A stretch of 64,000 nucleotides of DNA, taken from IMG/VR virus record IMGVR_UViG_3300045988_061465, positions 72,493-136,492 of that record; one strand, 5' to 3'. A model generated the notes under the pieces. That model was not told where the DNA came from. It did no database searches and was given only the letters and a program-made list of their open reading frames with translations. The position numbers and the translations under genes were made by a program. Below, one piece after another: positions 21,214 to 29,190 of this stretch; position 1 is the first letter of the stretch, and every line of letters starts with the position of its first letter. Source of the DNA: a virus.

Positions 21214-21277
21214 AGATAAGTTTAATTAATTTTAATGACAGTGTGATATGCAAGCCATTACACCACAGCCTCGATAT

Positions 21278-21481
21278 TTAATCCCAGTACCATATTTCTC
21301 TACTCATAGCAAATCTCATAGATACTTTTCCTTCTAACTTTTTAAACCATTTCTTATGTCTAAAGAATTGAAATCTACATTTTCCTTTACGACCTCCACA
21401 AACGTGGTATCTCCATCTTCTATTATGCGGATTTCTACCCATTTGTTTTCTAGTCATTTTCCATTTCTTTCCGTAACTCAT
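21278..21481 (-). CDS. small highly basic protein (67 aa)
   Basis: ORF track; Lys/Arg-rich. Confidence 0.35.
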   Translation of the reverse strand: MSYGKKWKMTRKQMGRNPHNRRWRYHVCGGRKGKCRFQFFRHKKWFKKLEGKVSMRFAMSREIWYWD

Positions 21482-21531
21482 AATATATCATTTAAGTAGG
21501 GCTAATCAGACTTGAACTGATAACCTCCACA

Positions 21532-22080
21532 TCATAGCGCAATTACTCCTGCGTGAATTTCTCTGTGACACCTACAACAGAGAAGTATACATTTATCTAC
21601 CTCTTTCTTTAAAAGTTCTATAGGTTTGTGCTACCCAGATAATGAGAAATCTTTCTCGCTTGGGTCGAGGTGATGAAAGTCTAATGCTTCATTACATCTA
21701 TTATAGCCGCATATCTAACACTTTCCACCTTTATACTCGACTAGTTCCTATTTTGTACGCTTTCTATATTCTTTAACGTTGTCGTAGCCAGTTTTAGGAG
21801 TTATCTTTTTGCTTACTATAACGTTTCGAAGTCTATTATAGGATATTCCAGAGAGTCTCGCAACCTCTTTTATGTTACCTATTTCGTCATACATTTTCTA
21901 AACTTCTATAATTTTCTCTGGAGTTAGCTCAACTATCTTTTGGCATAATCCAAATTCTTTACAGATATTAGAAACAGAACCTTTTCCAATAGACAATTCT
22001 TCAGATATTTTATCATAAGAATATCCATTTTCTCTAAGAACTTTTACTTGTTGTTTGATTTGTTCAGAAATTTTCTACAT
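21532..22080 (-). CDS. HTH plus HNH endonuclease-like protein with 5 in-frame TAG codons (TAG-containing gene inside the early region)
   Basis: Hand translation of the minus strand gives M[TAG]KISEQIKQQVKVLRENGYSYDKISEELSIGKGSVSNICKEF...CGYNRCNEALDFHHLDPSEKDFSLSG[TAG]HKPIELLKKEVDKCILLCCRCHREIHAGVIAL, ending at TGA. The HNH motif is intact only if TAG is read through. Confidence 0.6.
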
Positions 22081-22097
22081 ATTATTTACAGTATTAG

Positions 22098-22169
22098 TTG
22101 GGAAGGACAGAGTTGAACTGCCGTCTAGAAATTATCAGTTTCTTGTTCTAACCGTTAAACTACATCCCA
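22098..22169 (-). tRNA. tRNA-Ile (anticodon GAU)
   Basis: Acceptor TGGGATG pairs with CTTCCCA (one mismatch). Anticodon stem AGAAA/TTTCT with loop CTGATAA. T-arm GGCAGTTCAACTCTGTC. Confidence 0.6.
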
Positions 22170-22179
22170 ATATTATTGA

Positions 22180-22210
22180 TGTGGTGCTCTAACCAGTTGA
22201 GCTATAGCCC
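22180..22210 (-). other. orphan tRNA 5' fragment (acceptor plus D-arm only)
   Basis: GGGCTATAGCTCAACTGGTTAGAGCACC is a perfect acceptor 5' strand plus D-arm. No matching anticodon or T-arm or acceptor 3' strand follows. Confidence 0.45.
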
Positions 22211-22299
22211 TATTTCTCTTTGTATCACCATGCAAGTGCACATTTACAAGCGTCTTTATATCAGGACACTTCCCGTGCCAGGAATTGCTACAAAGAGTG

Positions 22300-22853
22300 T
22301 GGACCTAACGGGAGTCGAACCCGTGTCCAAACAACCCTTATTACAAGGATAACGTGCGTCTCATTTTTATTACATCAGCTAGTGAGTTCTAGCATTTAGA
22401 TAGTTTTACTAGATTTACTCTGAACTACACTATCGGAGTTCCAGAAACTAGTTTACAAACCACCAAACTGGGGCTGACCGAAGTCAACTCTCCACCACCT
22501 ACTTTTTAACGCTAAAATAGGAAAACGAGTGTTTGTGGTGAGTCAACCACGCAGGCACACATCCCTTCTGTTTAAAGACAACGGAGATTCAGTCTTACTA
22601 ACTCTTAGAGTGTTCTGATTAAAGATATACCACGGATTACCGTCCGCACGCCATTAGCGATATACCTAACCTCTTCTGTTTCTAGGTCTCTCCAGTAACC
22701 CGACTTGATTAATAGCGTCTATTAATAAGCCAGCAGCTTAGGCTGCCATTCTTACAGGTGCAATTTCTGCAGTTATTTGTTTTCGTCGTTTAAAGAGATT
22801 GCGCTCTACACGTCCTTATAATTTGTAATCGCCTGTCAAATCCAAGTAGGCCC
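22300..22853 (-). ncRNA. ssrA: tmRNA (SsrA), about 554 nt, candidate tag peptide AEIAPVRMAA
   Basis: 5' end GGGCCUACUUGGAUUUGACAGGCG (cf. E. coli GGGGCUGAUUCUGGAUUCGACGGG). 3' end GGACACGGGTTCGACTCCCGTTAGGTCCA forms a T-arm plus acceptor. Acceptor GGGCCTA/TAGGTCC gives a G3-U70 wobble and A73, the alanine identity elements. An internal mini-ORF reads GCA GAA ATT GCA CCT GTA AGA ATG GCA GCC TAA (plus coordinates 22738-22770). It is preceded by AAACAAAUAACU, resembling the E. coli resume context AAAAAAUAGUC. Confidence 0.7.
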
Positions 22854-23072
22854 ATATAAATAAAATAATTACTAGGTTCGTGTCTTTTTCACTGATTCCG
22901 CCACATTGAGGCTACCAATGTGTGTCCCTGGGCATTACTGTTTTCTTCAGCCAACTATGTAATTATTCTATTAGAGTTTACACTGTTTAAGTATTTCTCT
23001 AGTTATTATTCCATCACTAGCAAGAGAATTTAATTTCTCTAAATCAAATTCACTAGGATTGTTGTATTACAC

Positions 23073-23498
23073 TCATAACTTAGGAACATCAGAACGATTA
23101 TCATGATAACCTTCGTCTCCAACAAGTTGAGCCAGACAACCATGCATATAAGGAACAAGCTCAGGTTTCTCCTTATAACATCTGTATAGCATCCAACTCA
23201 TGCTCATGGAGTTTCCACTATGACCATTATCAAAGTATGGAAGTTTATCTTTAATAGCCTCAATCAGCTCAAACAAGCTAGGATATTTCTCATAGAAGGC
23301 TTTACATTCCTCCAGACTCATTTCTTTGAAATATTCAGCAAATGATAAAGCCTGTCTTATACAAGCCATTTCATAATCGAATAGGTCATTTTCTTCAAAT
23401 GTACCATCACTAGCTTCAACGAACAAACGATTGAAACGTTCAATTCTCTCCTGAAATTCTTTCGGAAGAGATTCCTTTGTAAGATTCTTGAAATCCAT
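23073..23498 (-). CDS. hypothetical protein (141 aa)
   Basis: ORF track. Confidence 0.5.
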   Translation of the reverse strand: MDFKNLTKESLPKEFQERIERFNRLFVEASDGTFEENDLFDYEMACIRQALSFAEYFKEMSLEECKAFYEKYPSLFELIEAIKDKLPYFDNGHSGNSMSMSWMLYRCYKEKPELVPYMHGCLAQLVGDEGYHDNRSDVPKL

Positions 23499-23529
23499 AA
23501 TCTAATTTTAATTGTTAAAAATAACTTAG

Positions 23530-23602
23530 TAGCGGGAGTCGGATTCGAACCGACGACCTTCAGGTTATGAGCCTGACTAGCTACCTCTGCTATCATCCCG
23601 CG
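23530..23602 (-). tRNA. initiator-type tRNA-Met (anticodon CAU)
   Basis: CGCGGGATGATAGCAGAGGTAGCTAGTCAGGCTCATAACCTGAAGGTCGTCGGTTCGAATCCGACTCCCGCTA closely parallels E. coli tRNA-fMet, including the unpaired 1-72 position (C1/T72). Confidence 0.7.
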
Positions 23603-23812
23603 ATATTACAAATGCTTTTTAATTAGTTTACAATGATTATACTCTCCTCCCCATCTAATAGGAAACTCTTTTTCCTTAGCCTCTTTATACTTCTCTGCCT
23701 GTTTCTTGTCTAAGAAGATTTGACAATCAGTTTCATAATTTTGAGGAGCGTTAGCTGGGTGATGATTTACTACAACTACATATACTTTCATAATTTTTTA
23801 AATAAAGTTTGT

Positions 23813-23884
23813 GGACACGCAGGGACTCGAACCCTATCTTCCGGTGTGCAAAACCAGCGCTCTAGCCATTTGAGCTAACGGCCC
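23813..23884 (-). tRNA. tRNA-Ala-like (anticodon UGC); acceptor stem pairs poorly, possible pseudogene
   Basis: D-arm TAGCTCAAATGGCTAGAGC. Anticodon stem CTGGT/ACCGG with loop TTTGCAC. T-loop GGTTCGAGTCC. The 5' strand GGGCCGT is not matched by the 3' strand CGTGTCC. Confidence 0.4.
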
Positions 23885-24979
23885 ATTTTTGGGATTTTCT
23901 TTTTAATTGGTGACATACCCATAAATTTCCACTGTTAAGATTCCACAACTTAACAATACCAGATAAGTTTTTTTGTTTGAATCATGTTCTAGTAGCATAA
24001 GTCCGCAACCATGCTACTCTCTCAGTTCATCGACTATCGGTTCTCGTGTCAGAAAAGGTCTTTATGATTCCGCAGGGACTGGCTTCAACTTAAACCCCGA
24101 ATGGATTTTTACCTTGCCAGGTCAGGATATTATTACGTTTCTAGCACTCTGAATTGATTTAGCCTGTTTAATCTTATAATCACGAACTACTTCTTTCATA
24201 TAAGAGTTAAATTCCTTCATGTCTTTCCATGAAATCTCATTAGCTAGTTTTGGAGTTTGAAACATTTTGTACTTTTCTAATAGGTCTTTCATTTCTCTCT
24301 TTAGTTTTCAAAGCGTTTTCACACGCTTGTTTCTTCATTACATATGGACAATCACAATTTCCATTGTAATACCAACAGCAATATTCACACTGATGCATAT
24401 ATTTAAATCATAAAAAGAAAGGCAAGGAGATGTCTTTCGACTGCCTTTCCGAACCATAACTATATAAATATATAACTATTACTACTCTCCTCAAAACCCT
24501 CCTAAGTTTCTCACAGTAACAATTTTAAGAATAGCGTAATGGGGATGCACATCATACGGAATTGTTACGTAACCGTATAGCTCAGTGCCGAGCTGCTAAT
24601 ACACACTTGCTTCCCTACAACTGTATTAGTTCCTTGTTTTTAGCTGAACAATAAAATTATCCAATCCAGTAACAAGCAAATCTGCTAAGCAATCATTTAA
24701 CGTCTATTACTTGAGACGAATAATTTATTACTGAAATTATTAACAGCGTAATCTTTCATTAGGTAAGTTTCTAATTCTTAATAAGCCCGATTTCTCGGTG
24801 GTAAACTCTTTACCAGTTAAAGACCTAACTAATGAATTACGATATGGATACTAGCCGTTTCTATTCCATTATTGCGTACTACGTTGCTAGCTAACGTCTT
24901 GGCTACTCTCTTCCTCACATCTGCCAAAAATTTGCTGGATTAATATTACCTACAAAGTAGGGAGGATTCAGCAAAAAGG

Positions 24980-25064
24980 CGTATGGTGCAGGATTCGAAC
25001 CTGCGATGGGATTTCTCACGGTGGGTTAACAGCCCACTGCCGTCGGCCACTTGGCTAACCATAC
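24980..25064 (-). tRNA. unusual tRNA with anticodon GUU (Asn-type) and a 16-nt variable region, discriminator G
   Basis: Acceptor GTATGGT/ACCATAC is perfect. Anticodon stem GTGGG/CCCAC with loop CTGTTAA. T-arm GCAGGTTCGAATCCTGC. Variable region CGTGAGAAATCCCATC. Confidence 0.55.
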
Positions 25065-25304
25065 AATTAATTTTCTCCACGGGTGTAGATAAGTACCCCT
25101 TTGGTACTTACCTTTTAGTAGTATCTTTACTCTAGACCTCTGTAGGGAGGTGGAATAGTTCCAGAAACTAACCATGTATAGCTCTTAGAACTCTGTTCAA
25201 AATACCACTTAGCAGCTTTCTTCACAACATTAATTACTTTCTTCATAACATCAAAGTTTAAAATTGTTAATAATTAATCTAATTCAGAGCCACAAAAGGA
25301 GTTT

Positions 25305-25385
25305 TGTTGCGGAGGTAGGATTCGAACCGTTTATGACGATTTCTAGGTTATGAGCCTAGCGAGATGACCGCTTCTCTACTCCACG
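25305..25385 (-). tRNA. tRNA-like element with CAU anticodon arm; non-canonical T-arm, possible pseudo-tRNA
   Basis: Perfect anticodon arm CTAGG CTCATAA CCTAG and a GGTTCGAATCC T-loop. I could not pair the T-stem or acceptor stem canonically. Confidence 0.3.
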
Positions 25386-25522
25386 ATATTGGTAGCTACT
25401 TTACATCCGCTACCCAGGGATGCCTCTATTACCAGTGAGGCACGGACTATTCTAACCGTATAGCACGACTGGTTGGTAACGTCTCCAGATACGGCATTTA
25501 GACTGAAAATGTCGAAACAGTG

Positions 25523-25596
25523 ACTCGGTGGTCAGATTCGAACTGACGAACTAAGGATTTGCAGTCCTAGCCATTAAACCACTCTGGTACACCGAG
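25523..25596 (-). tRNA. tRNA-Cys (anticodon GCA)
   Basis: Acceptor CTCGGTG/CACCGAG is perfect. Anticodon loop CTGCAAA. T-arm GTCAGTTCGAATCTGAC. Confidence 0.65.
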
Positions 25597-25601
25597 ATTT
25601 G

Positions 25602-25682
25602 TTCCGATTAAAGGATTTGAACCCCTGACCTCCCACCAATGCCTTATAGTTGTGGGCGCTCTGCCAACTGAGCTAAATCGGA
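25602..25682 (-). tRNA. tRNA with aberrant 15-nt anticodon loop (AACTATAAGGCATTG); pseudogene or non-canonical decoder
   Basis: Acceptor TCCGATT/AATCGGA, D-arm TAGCTCAGTTGGCAGAGC and T-arm AGGGGTTCAAATCCTTT are all canonical. Anticodon stem CCCAC/GTGGG encloses 15 nt instead of 7. Loop positions 3-5 read CTA. Confidence 0.4.
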
Positions 25683-25688
25683 ATATTG

Positions 25689-25760
25689 AGTAGGTAATGA
25701 GAATCGAACTCACATCCTCGGCATGGCAAGCCGATGCACTAACCATTGTGCTATACCTAC
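25689..25760 (-). tRNA. tRNA-Gly (anticodon GCC)
   Basis: Acceptor GTAGGTA/TACCTAC is perfect. Anticodon stem TCGGC/GCCGA with loop TTGCCAT. Confidence 0.75.
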
Positions 25761-25765
25761 AAATG

Positions 25766-25840
25766 TGCAGATAGAGAGACTCGAACTCTCCCCTTCAGAT
25801 TGGAAGTCTGACGTGCTCAAACCATTAACACCACATCTGC
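25766..25840 (-). tRNA. tRNA-Gly (anticodon UCC)
   Basis: Acceptor GCAGATG/TATCTGC. Anticodon stem TCAGA/TCTGA with loop CTTCCAA. T-arm GAGAGTTCGAGTCTCTC. Confidence 0.7.
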
Positions 25841-25878
25841 ATAAGGAGAGTTATACGATACTCTCCTAAAACGCTATC

Positions 25879-26220
25879 TTAAGATAGTAATTCCTGCGCC
25901 TCAATCTCGCCGATTATTTTAGTAACCGCAATCTTGAACGGATTTCCCTTAGTTTTGTCAAACAGATGTACATCACGTACCTCGTCAACCTTGTCAGGAA
26001 CATTCACCTTTCTTTTCCCTCTCTCTATGGTCTTCCAAGTGATGACTTCGCACCGTTTCACGTCATAAACGCTATCGTTGCGGTCTACATAGACCCTGAA
26101 GAAGTTCTTCTTATGCTTCACAATCTCAACTCTTTTAAAGTTTTTGATGTTAGCATGAAATTTCAAATCGCATTTTCCGTTAGGTAAGAAAATCAATTCT
26201 GCCATAATGATACTCCGCAT
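25879..26220 (-). CDS. hypothetical protein (113 aa)
   Basis: ORF track. Confidence 0.5.
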   Translation of the reverse strand: MRSIIMAELIFLPNGKCDLKFHANIKNFKRVEIVKHKKNFFRVYVDRNDSVYDVKRCEVITWKTIERGKRKVNVPDKVDEVRDVHLFDKTKGNPFKIAVTKIIGEIEAQELLS

Positions 26221-26341
26221 AGTCGGAGATTCAAAGTTAAACTATGTTAATTCCAGTCTTTCGTCTGGCACTCCACCTCGTTTTAACCAATAGCTACTGT
26301 TCTTCACTACTTGAGCTAAGCTCTAAACTGGGATAAAGGTA

Positions 26342-26725
26342 TTATTCTATATAAATAAATGGTTTTCCAAATTCTTGCCTGAAAGACTCAAACCAGCCTT
26401 CCATTTCCTCATCACTATCAAAATAGATAGACTCATCATGTCTCTCCGAGAACTCTAGAATAATATGCGGCTTCTGATATACTATTCCGTCCTTGTAGAA
26501 AGATGTTCTCTTATTAATTGATTCGAGCATCCCTTTCTCAGAGTAAGTCCCAAAGCATGGGTCTAGAAGATACCAATAGTCAGTATGTCTTTTCCAGAAT
26601 AAGAATTTAGTATCTGCTATTTTATGCTCCCATTCTGGATGTTTTCTAGTTTTAAAAACTAGTATCCTCCTTATTAAATTTCCATTAATATATTTATCCA
26701 TAATTAATCCCAATATTCTGGACAA
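26342..26725 (-). CDS. hypothetical protein (127 aa)
   Basis: ORF track. Confidence 0.5.
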   Translation of the reverse strand: MSRILGLIMDKYINGNLIRRILVFKTRKHPEWEHKIADTKFLFWKRHTDYWYLLDPCFGTYSEKGMLESINKRTSFYKDGIVYQKPHIILEFSERHDESIYFDSDEEMEGWFESFRQEFGKPFIYIE

Positions 26726-27117
26726 TCATCTGTCATTAATAATCCCTTCTCGCATAGACCTCCATCATAGAATATGCATGATGAGCATGAAAGATTGTCT
26801 CTGGACTCATATTCCTGAATACCTTCCTGAATATCTTTCTTAGCCTTATATCTATCTTTTCTATTCTCTTTCTTGTATTCGTATTGCATCATCTTACTTC
26901 TGTAAGGAGAAGTGCAATTCTTAAGCATTTTAGCATACTTAGAATCATTAAGAAAATCTGTAATTGATTCACAAACTCTAACCGAACCAAAAGTAAATCG
27001 TGTTCTATAATCTTTAATTCCTTTTATTGGAACATAAAATTCCTTATAAGAATTGTAGATTTTTTTAGCTCTAGAAATCCACTTTCTTTTAGAAAGCTCT
27101 CTTCTTAATTTTCTGTC
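26704..27117 (-). CDS. hypothetical Cys-rich protein (start trimmed to MDRKLRREL...)
   Basis: The N-terminal part of ORF-track entry 26704..27351 is a translation of the tRNA gene at 27141-27214 (VGSNPTP is the T-arm translated). The start is moved to the internal Met. Confidence 0.45.
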   Translation of the reverse strand, partial: DRKLRRELSKRKWISRAKKIYNSYKEFYVPIKGIKDYRTRFTFGSVRVCESITDFLNDSKYAKMLKNCTSPYRSKMMQYEYKKENRKDRYKAKKDIQEGIQEYESRDNLSCSSCIFYDGGLCEKGLLMTDDCPEYWD

Positions 27118-27140
27118 CATAGGCAAATAAATTAGTGTAG

Positions 27141-27214
27141 AATCTGGAGTGGGATTCGAACCCACGAAACACGGTTTTGCAGACCGTCCCCTTAGACCAC
27201 TCGGGCATCCAGAC
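27141..27214 (-). tRNA. tRNA-Cys (anticodon GCA), second copy with Tyr-like D-arm
   Basis: Acceptor GTCTGGA/TCCAGAT. Anticodon stem ACGGT/ACCGT with loop CTGCAAA. T-arm GTGGGTTCGAATCCCAC. Confidence 0.55.
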
Positions 27215-27219
27215 ATAAA

Positions 27220-27243
27220 GGGGAGACTAGCTCCCCAGTTTTT
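27220..27243 (-). terminator. GC-rich hairpin (GGGGAG...CTCCCC) immediately downstream of the AAA+ ATPase gene
   Basis: A perfect 6-bp GC stem in an AT-rich context, followed on the minus strand by TTTAT and on the plus strand by TTTTT. Confidence 0.4.
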
Positions 27244-28426
27244 AAAGTACCAAAGAATCGTATCTTCCTGTACGATACAGAGATGGTTTACTGTTAGGAT
27301 CTTTAATCCAATAGTAGTTAATTTCGTTACCGTCCTTAGTAACAACAACATTTAACTTCTTGTCGATAGCGATAATCTCGTCATCGTAGAAGTCGTCTCC
27401 TACCTTAAGATTGCTGAACTTGGTAGAAGAATAGATAAAGTTATACGACAGGCTGTGGAAGTTATGACGACGATACTCATAATATTCGTTGAGGGCTTTT
27501 CTTTCCTCTATAGTACAATTATCCTCGTCATTAACAATAGGCTTAGGTATAGGATTATTAAATCTCTCAACAGCCTTGGAGAAATTTTCAATAGAGAACT
27601 TATTCTTGTCCTGCTCAATTTCTCCAGTGTAAGCGTAACCTCTGATACAAGAATACTCATACTCATTAGTTACTACGTTGAAGAAACTCTTAGCCTTTTT
27701 CAAACCTTCAATTCCATGAATGTTAACTTCATTAACTATAGTTTTGAGAATATCAATAGTTGATATAGTCAAAGAATCAATGAAGTCAAGTAAATCTTGA
27801 CGTGCTTCTGGAACCTCCAGGGCATCGTCTAGATATTCGTTTACAACCTTCAAATCAAGATTTTCAAACTTCTTGACATAGCGGATTCTAGACGGACGTC
27901 CTACCATATTCTCGTTGATAGACATTGCATTAGTAGTCAACAAGAACACCTTACGATACTTGGAGTTATAAACTCCATCCATAATTTGGAGGATTGTAGA
28001 ATCCGATTCGCTGAAGTTCTTTTCAAACTCGTCTAGGAAGAGAACACAATCTCCCTCAATGCCAGAGAGAAACTCAATCATAGATTGATTATGGTCTCCC
28101 ATATCCTTTACGATAATAACAGGAAGGTTCAACTTATTAGCTAATTCTTTAGCTGTGACAGTCTTTCCAGTACCTTTTGTACCAGTAAGCATGATTCCCA
28201 AGTTTCCTTCTGTGTTATTATAAGTTTTGATTACATGGTCTATGAAATCTTCCTGCAGTCCATACATCTTATACGGAAATACGAACTTGTCTGCATACTT
28301 ATCCAGGTGATAACCTGTCATTGTCAGATTAATACTGTAAATACCAACCGGAAGAGATTCCGAAACCTTGTAACCTGAGCCTACTTGGGTGTATGTAGAC
28401 TCAGAACACATCCAAACTTTGTTCAT
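27242..28426 (-). CDS. AAA+ ATPase
   Basis: Walker A GTKGTGKT and Walker B VLFLDEFE. 394 aa. Confidence 0.7.
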   Translation of the reverse strand: MNKVWMCSESTYTQVGSGYKVSESLPVGIYSINLTMTGYHLDKYADKFVFPYKMYGLQEDFIDHVIKTYNNTEGNLGIMLTGTKGTGKTVTAKELANKLNLPVIIVKDMGDHNQSMIEFLSGIEGDCVLFLDEFEKNFSESDSTILQIMDGVYNSKYRKVFLLTTNAMSINENMVGRPSRIRYVKKFENLDLKVVNEYLDDALEVPEARQDLLDFIDSLTISTIDILKTIVNEVNIHGIEGLKKAKSFFNVVTNEYEYSCIRGYAYTGEIEQDKNKFSIENFSKAVERFNNPIPKPIVNDEDNCTIEERKALNEYYEYRRHNFHSLSYNFIYSSTKFSNLKVGDDFYDDEIIAIDKKLNVVVTKDGNEINYYWIKDPNSKPSLYRTGRYDSLVL

Positions 28427-28644
28427 TTCTTTATTTTTAATTGTTATTTAATATGAATGTTCTGAAACATTCAGTTAATTAAAGTTCTCCACTGTTGATA
28501 AGTTCTTTAGCCTTATTCATTCCAGCTTCGTAAGCCTCCACAACATACTGTATAGCAGTTTTTGAATCAATTTGATTCATGGAATTGCTATTGTCTACCA
28601 ATTCTTGAATAATTTCACTTAACTCTTTCATAATCTATAATTGA

Positions 28645-28726
28645 ATAAAAGTTGTAGGGTAGGAGGGACTCGAACCCTCACACATTTCTGTACTAGATCC
28701 TAAGTCTAGCGCGTCTACCAATTCCG
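28645..28726 (-). tRNA. tRNA-Leu (anticodon UAG), type II
   Basis: GGGGTAGTGGCGGAATTGGTAGACGCG...CTTAGGA...GAGGGTTCGAGTCCCTCCTACCCTA parallels E. coli tRNA-Leu. Confidence 0.75.
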
Positions 28727-28740
28727 CCACTACCCCAAAG

Positions 28741-29190
28741 TTACAATTCCCTGTCTCTTATTTTCTCAGCCATAGCACACATTTCTTGATAATACTTGAC
28801 TACTTTATTGAACAATTCTTCAGGAACTATTGTACACTTTTCACTTCCCTGTCCAGGAAGCCATTGACGATTTATCATTCTCTTCTTTTCAAGACTTATT
28901 CTAGTTGTATTACTGTCTATGAAGACCTCATAGAAATCTTCTTTAACATCTTCTCTAAAGGCAGTAATATCTTTAGTTATCTTAAAATAACCAAATGATT
29001 GTCCATTGAAGTTTATTTGAAAGCATTTTCCCTCAAAACTTTTTAGAAGTTGATTATTTTCTTCTTCTTTTAGTCTCCTTCTTTCTGCTTCCTCTCTAGT
29101 GATATTATCTAAATATTCACAATACTCTTGAAGAGAACAGCCAGGATGTTTCCTGGCATATTCTTTCATTGGACTTTCTCTTGACCACAT
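28741..29190 (-). CDS. hypothetical protein (149 aa)
   Basis: ORF track. Confidence 0.5.
   Translation of the reverse strand: MWSRESPMKEYARKHPGCSLQEYCEYLDNITREEAERRRLKEEENNQLLKSFEGKCFQINFNGQSFGYFKITKDITAFREDVKEDFYEVFIDSNTTRISLEKKRMINRQWLPGQGSEKCTIVPEELFNKVVKYYQEMCAMAEKIRDREL

Noticed and set aside
21497-21530. T-arm-like hairpin (ATCAGTTCAAGTCTGAT plus TAGCCCT) just after the stop of the TAG-containing HNH gene
   Set aside because: No partner 5' half. It overlaps the gene's 3' end and may be a tRNA remnant or simple terminator-like hairpin. Not called as tRNA.
22290-22330. Apparent stand-alone tRNA 3' end near 22300
   Set aside because: Reinterpreted as the tRNA-like 3' terminus of the tmRNA once the matching 5' strand GGGCCTA was found at 22847-22853.
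22466-22490. Plus-strand GGGGCTGACCGAAGTCAAC resembling a tmRNA 5' end
   Set aside because: It is on the wrong strand relative to the tRNA-like 3' end and lies inside the tmRNA body. Coincidental or part of a pseudoknot.
26704-27351. Full-length ORF-track call 26704..27351 (215 aa)
   Set aside because: Its N-terminal third is the translation of tRNA-Cys at 27141-27214 and the GC hairpin. Trimmed to the internal Met at 27117.
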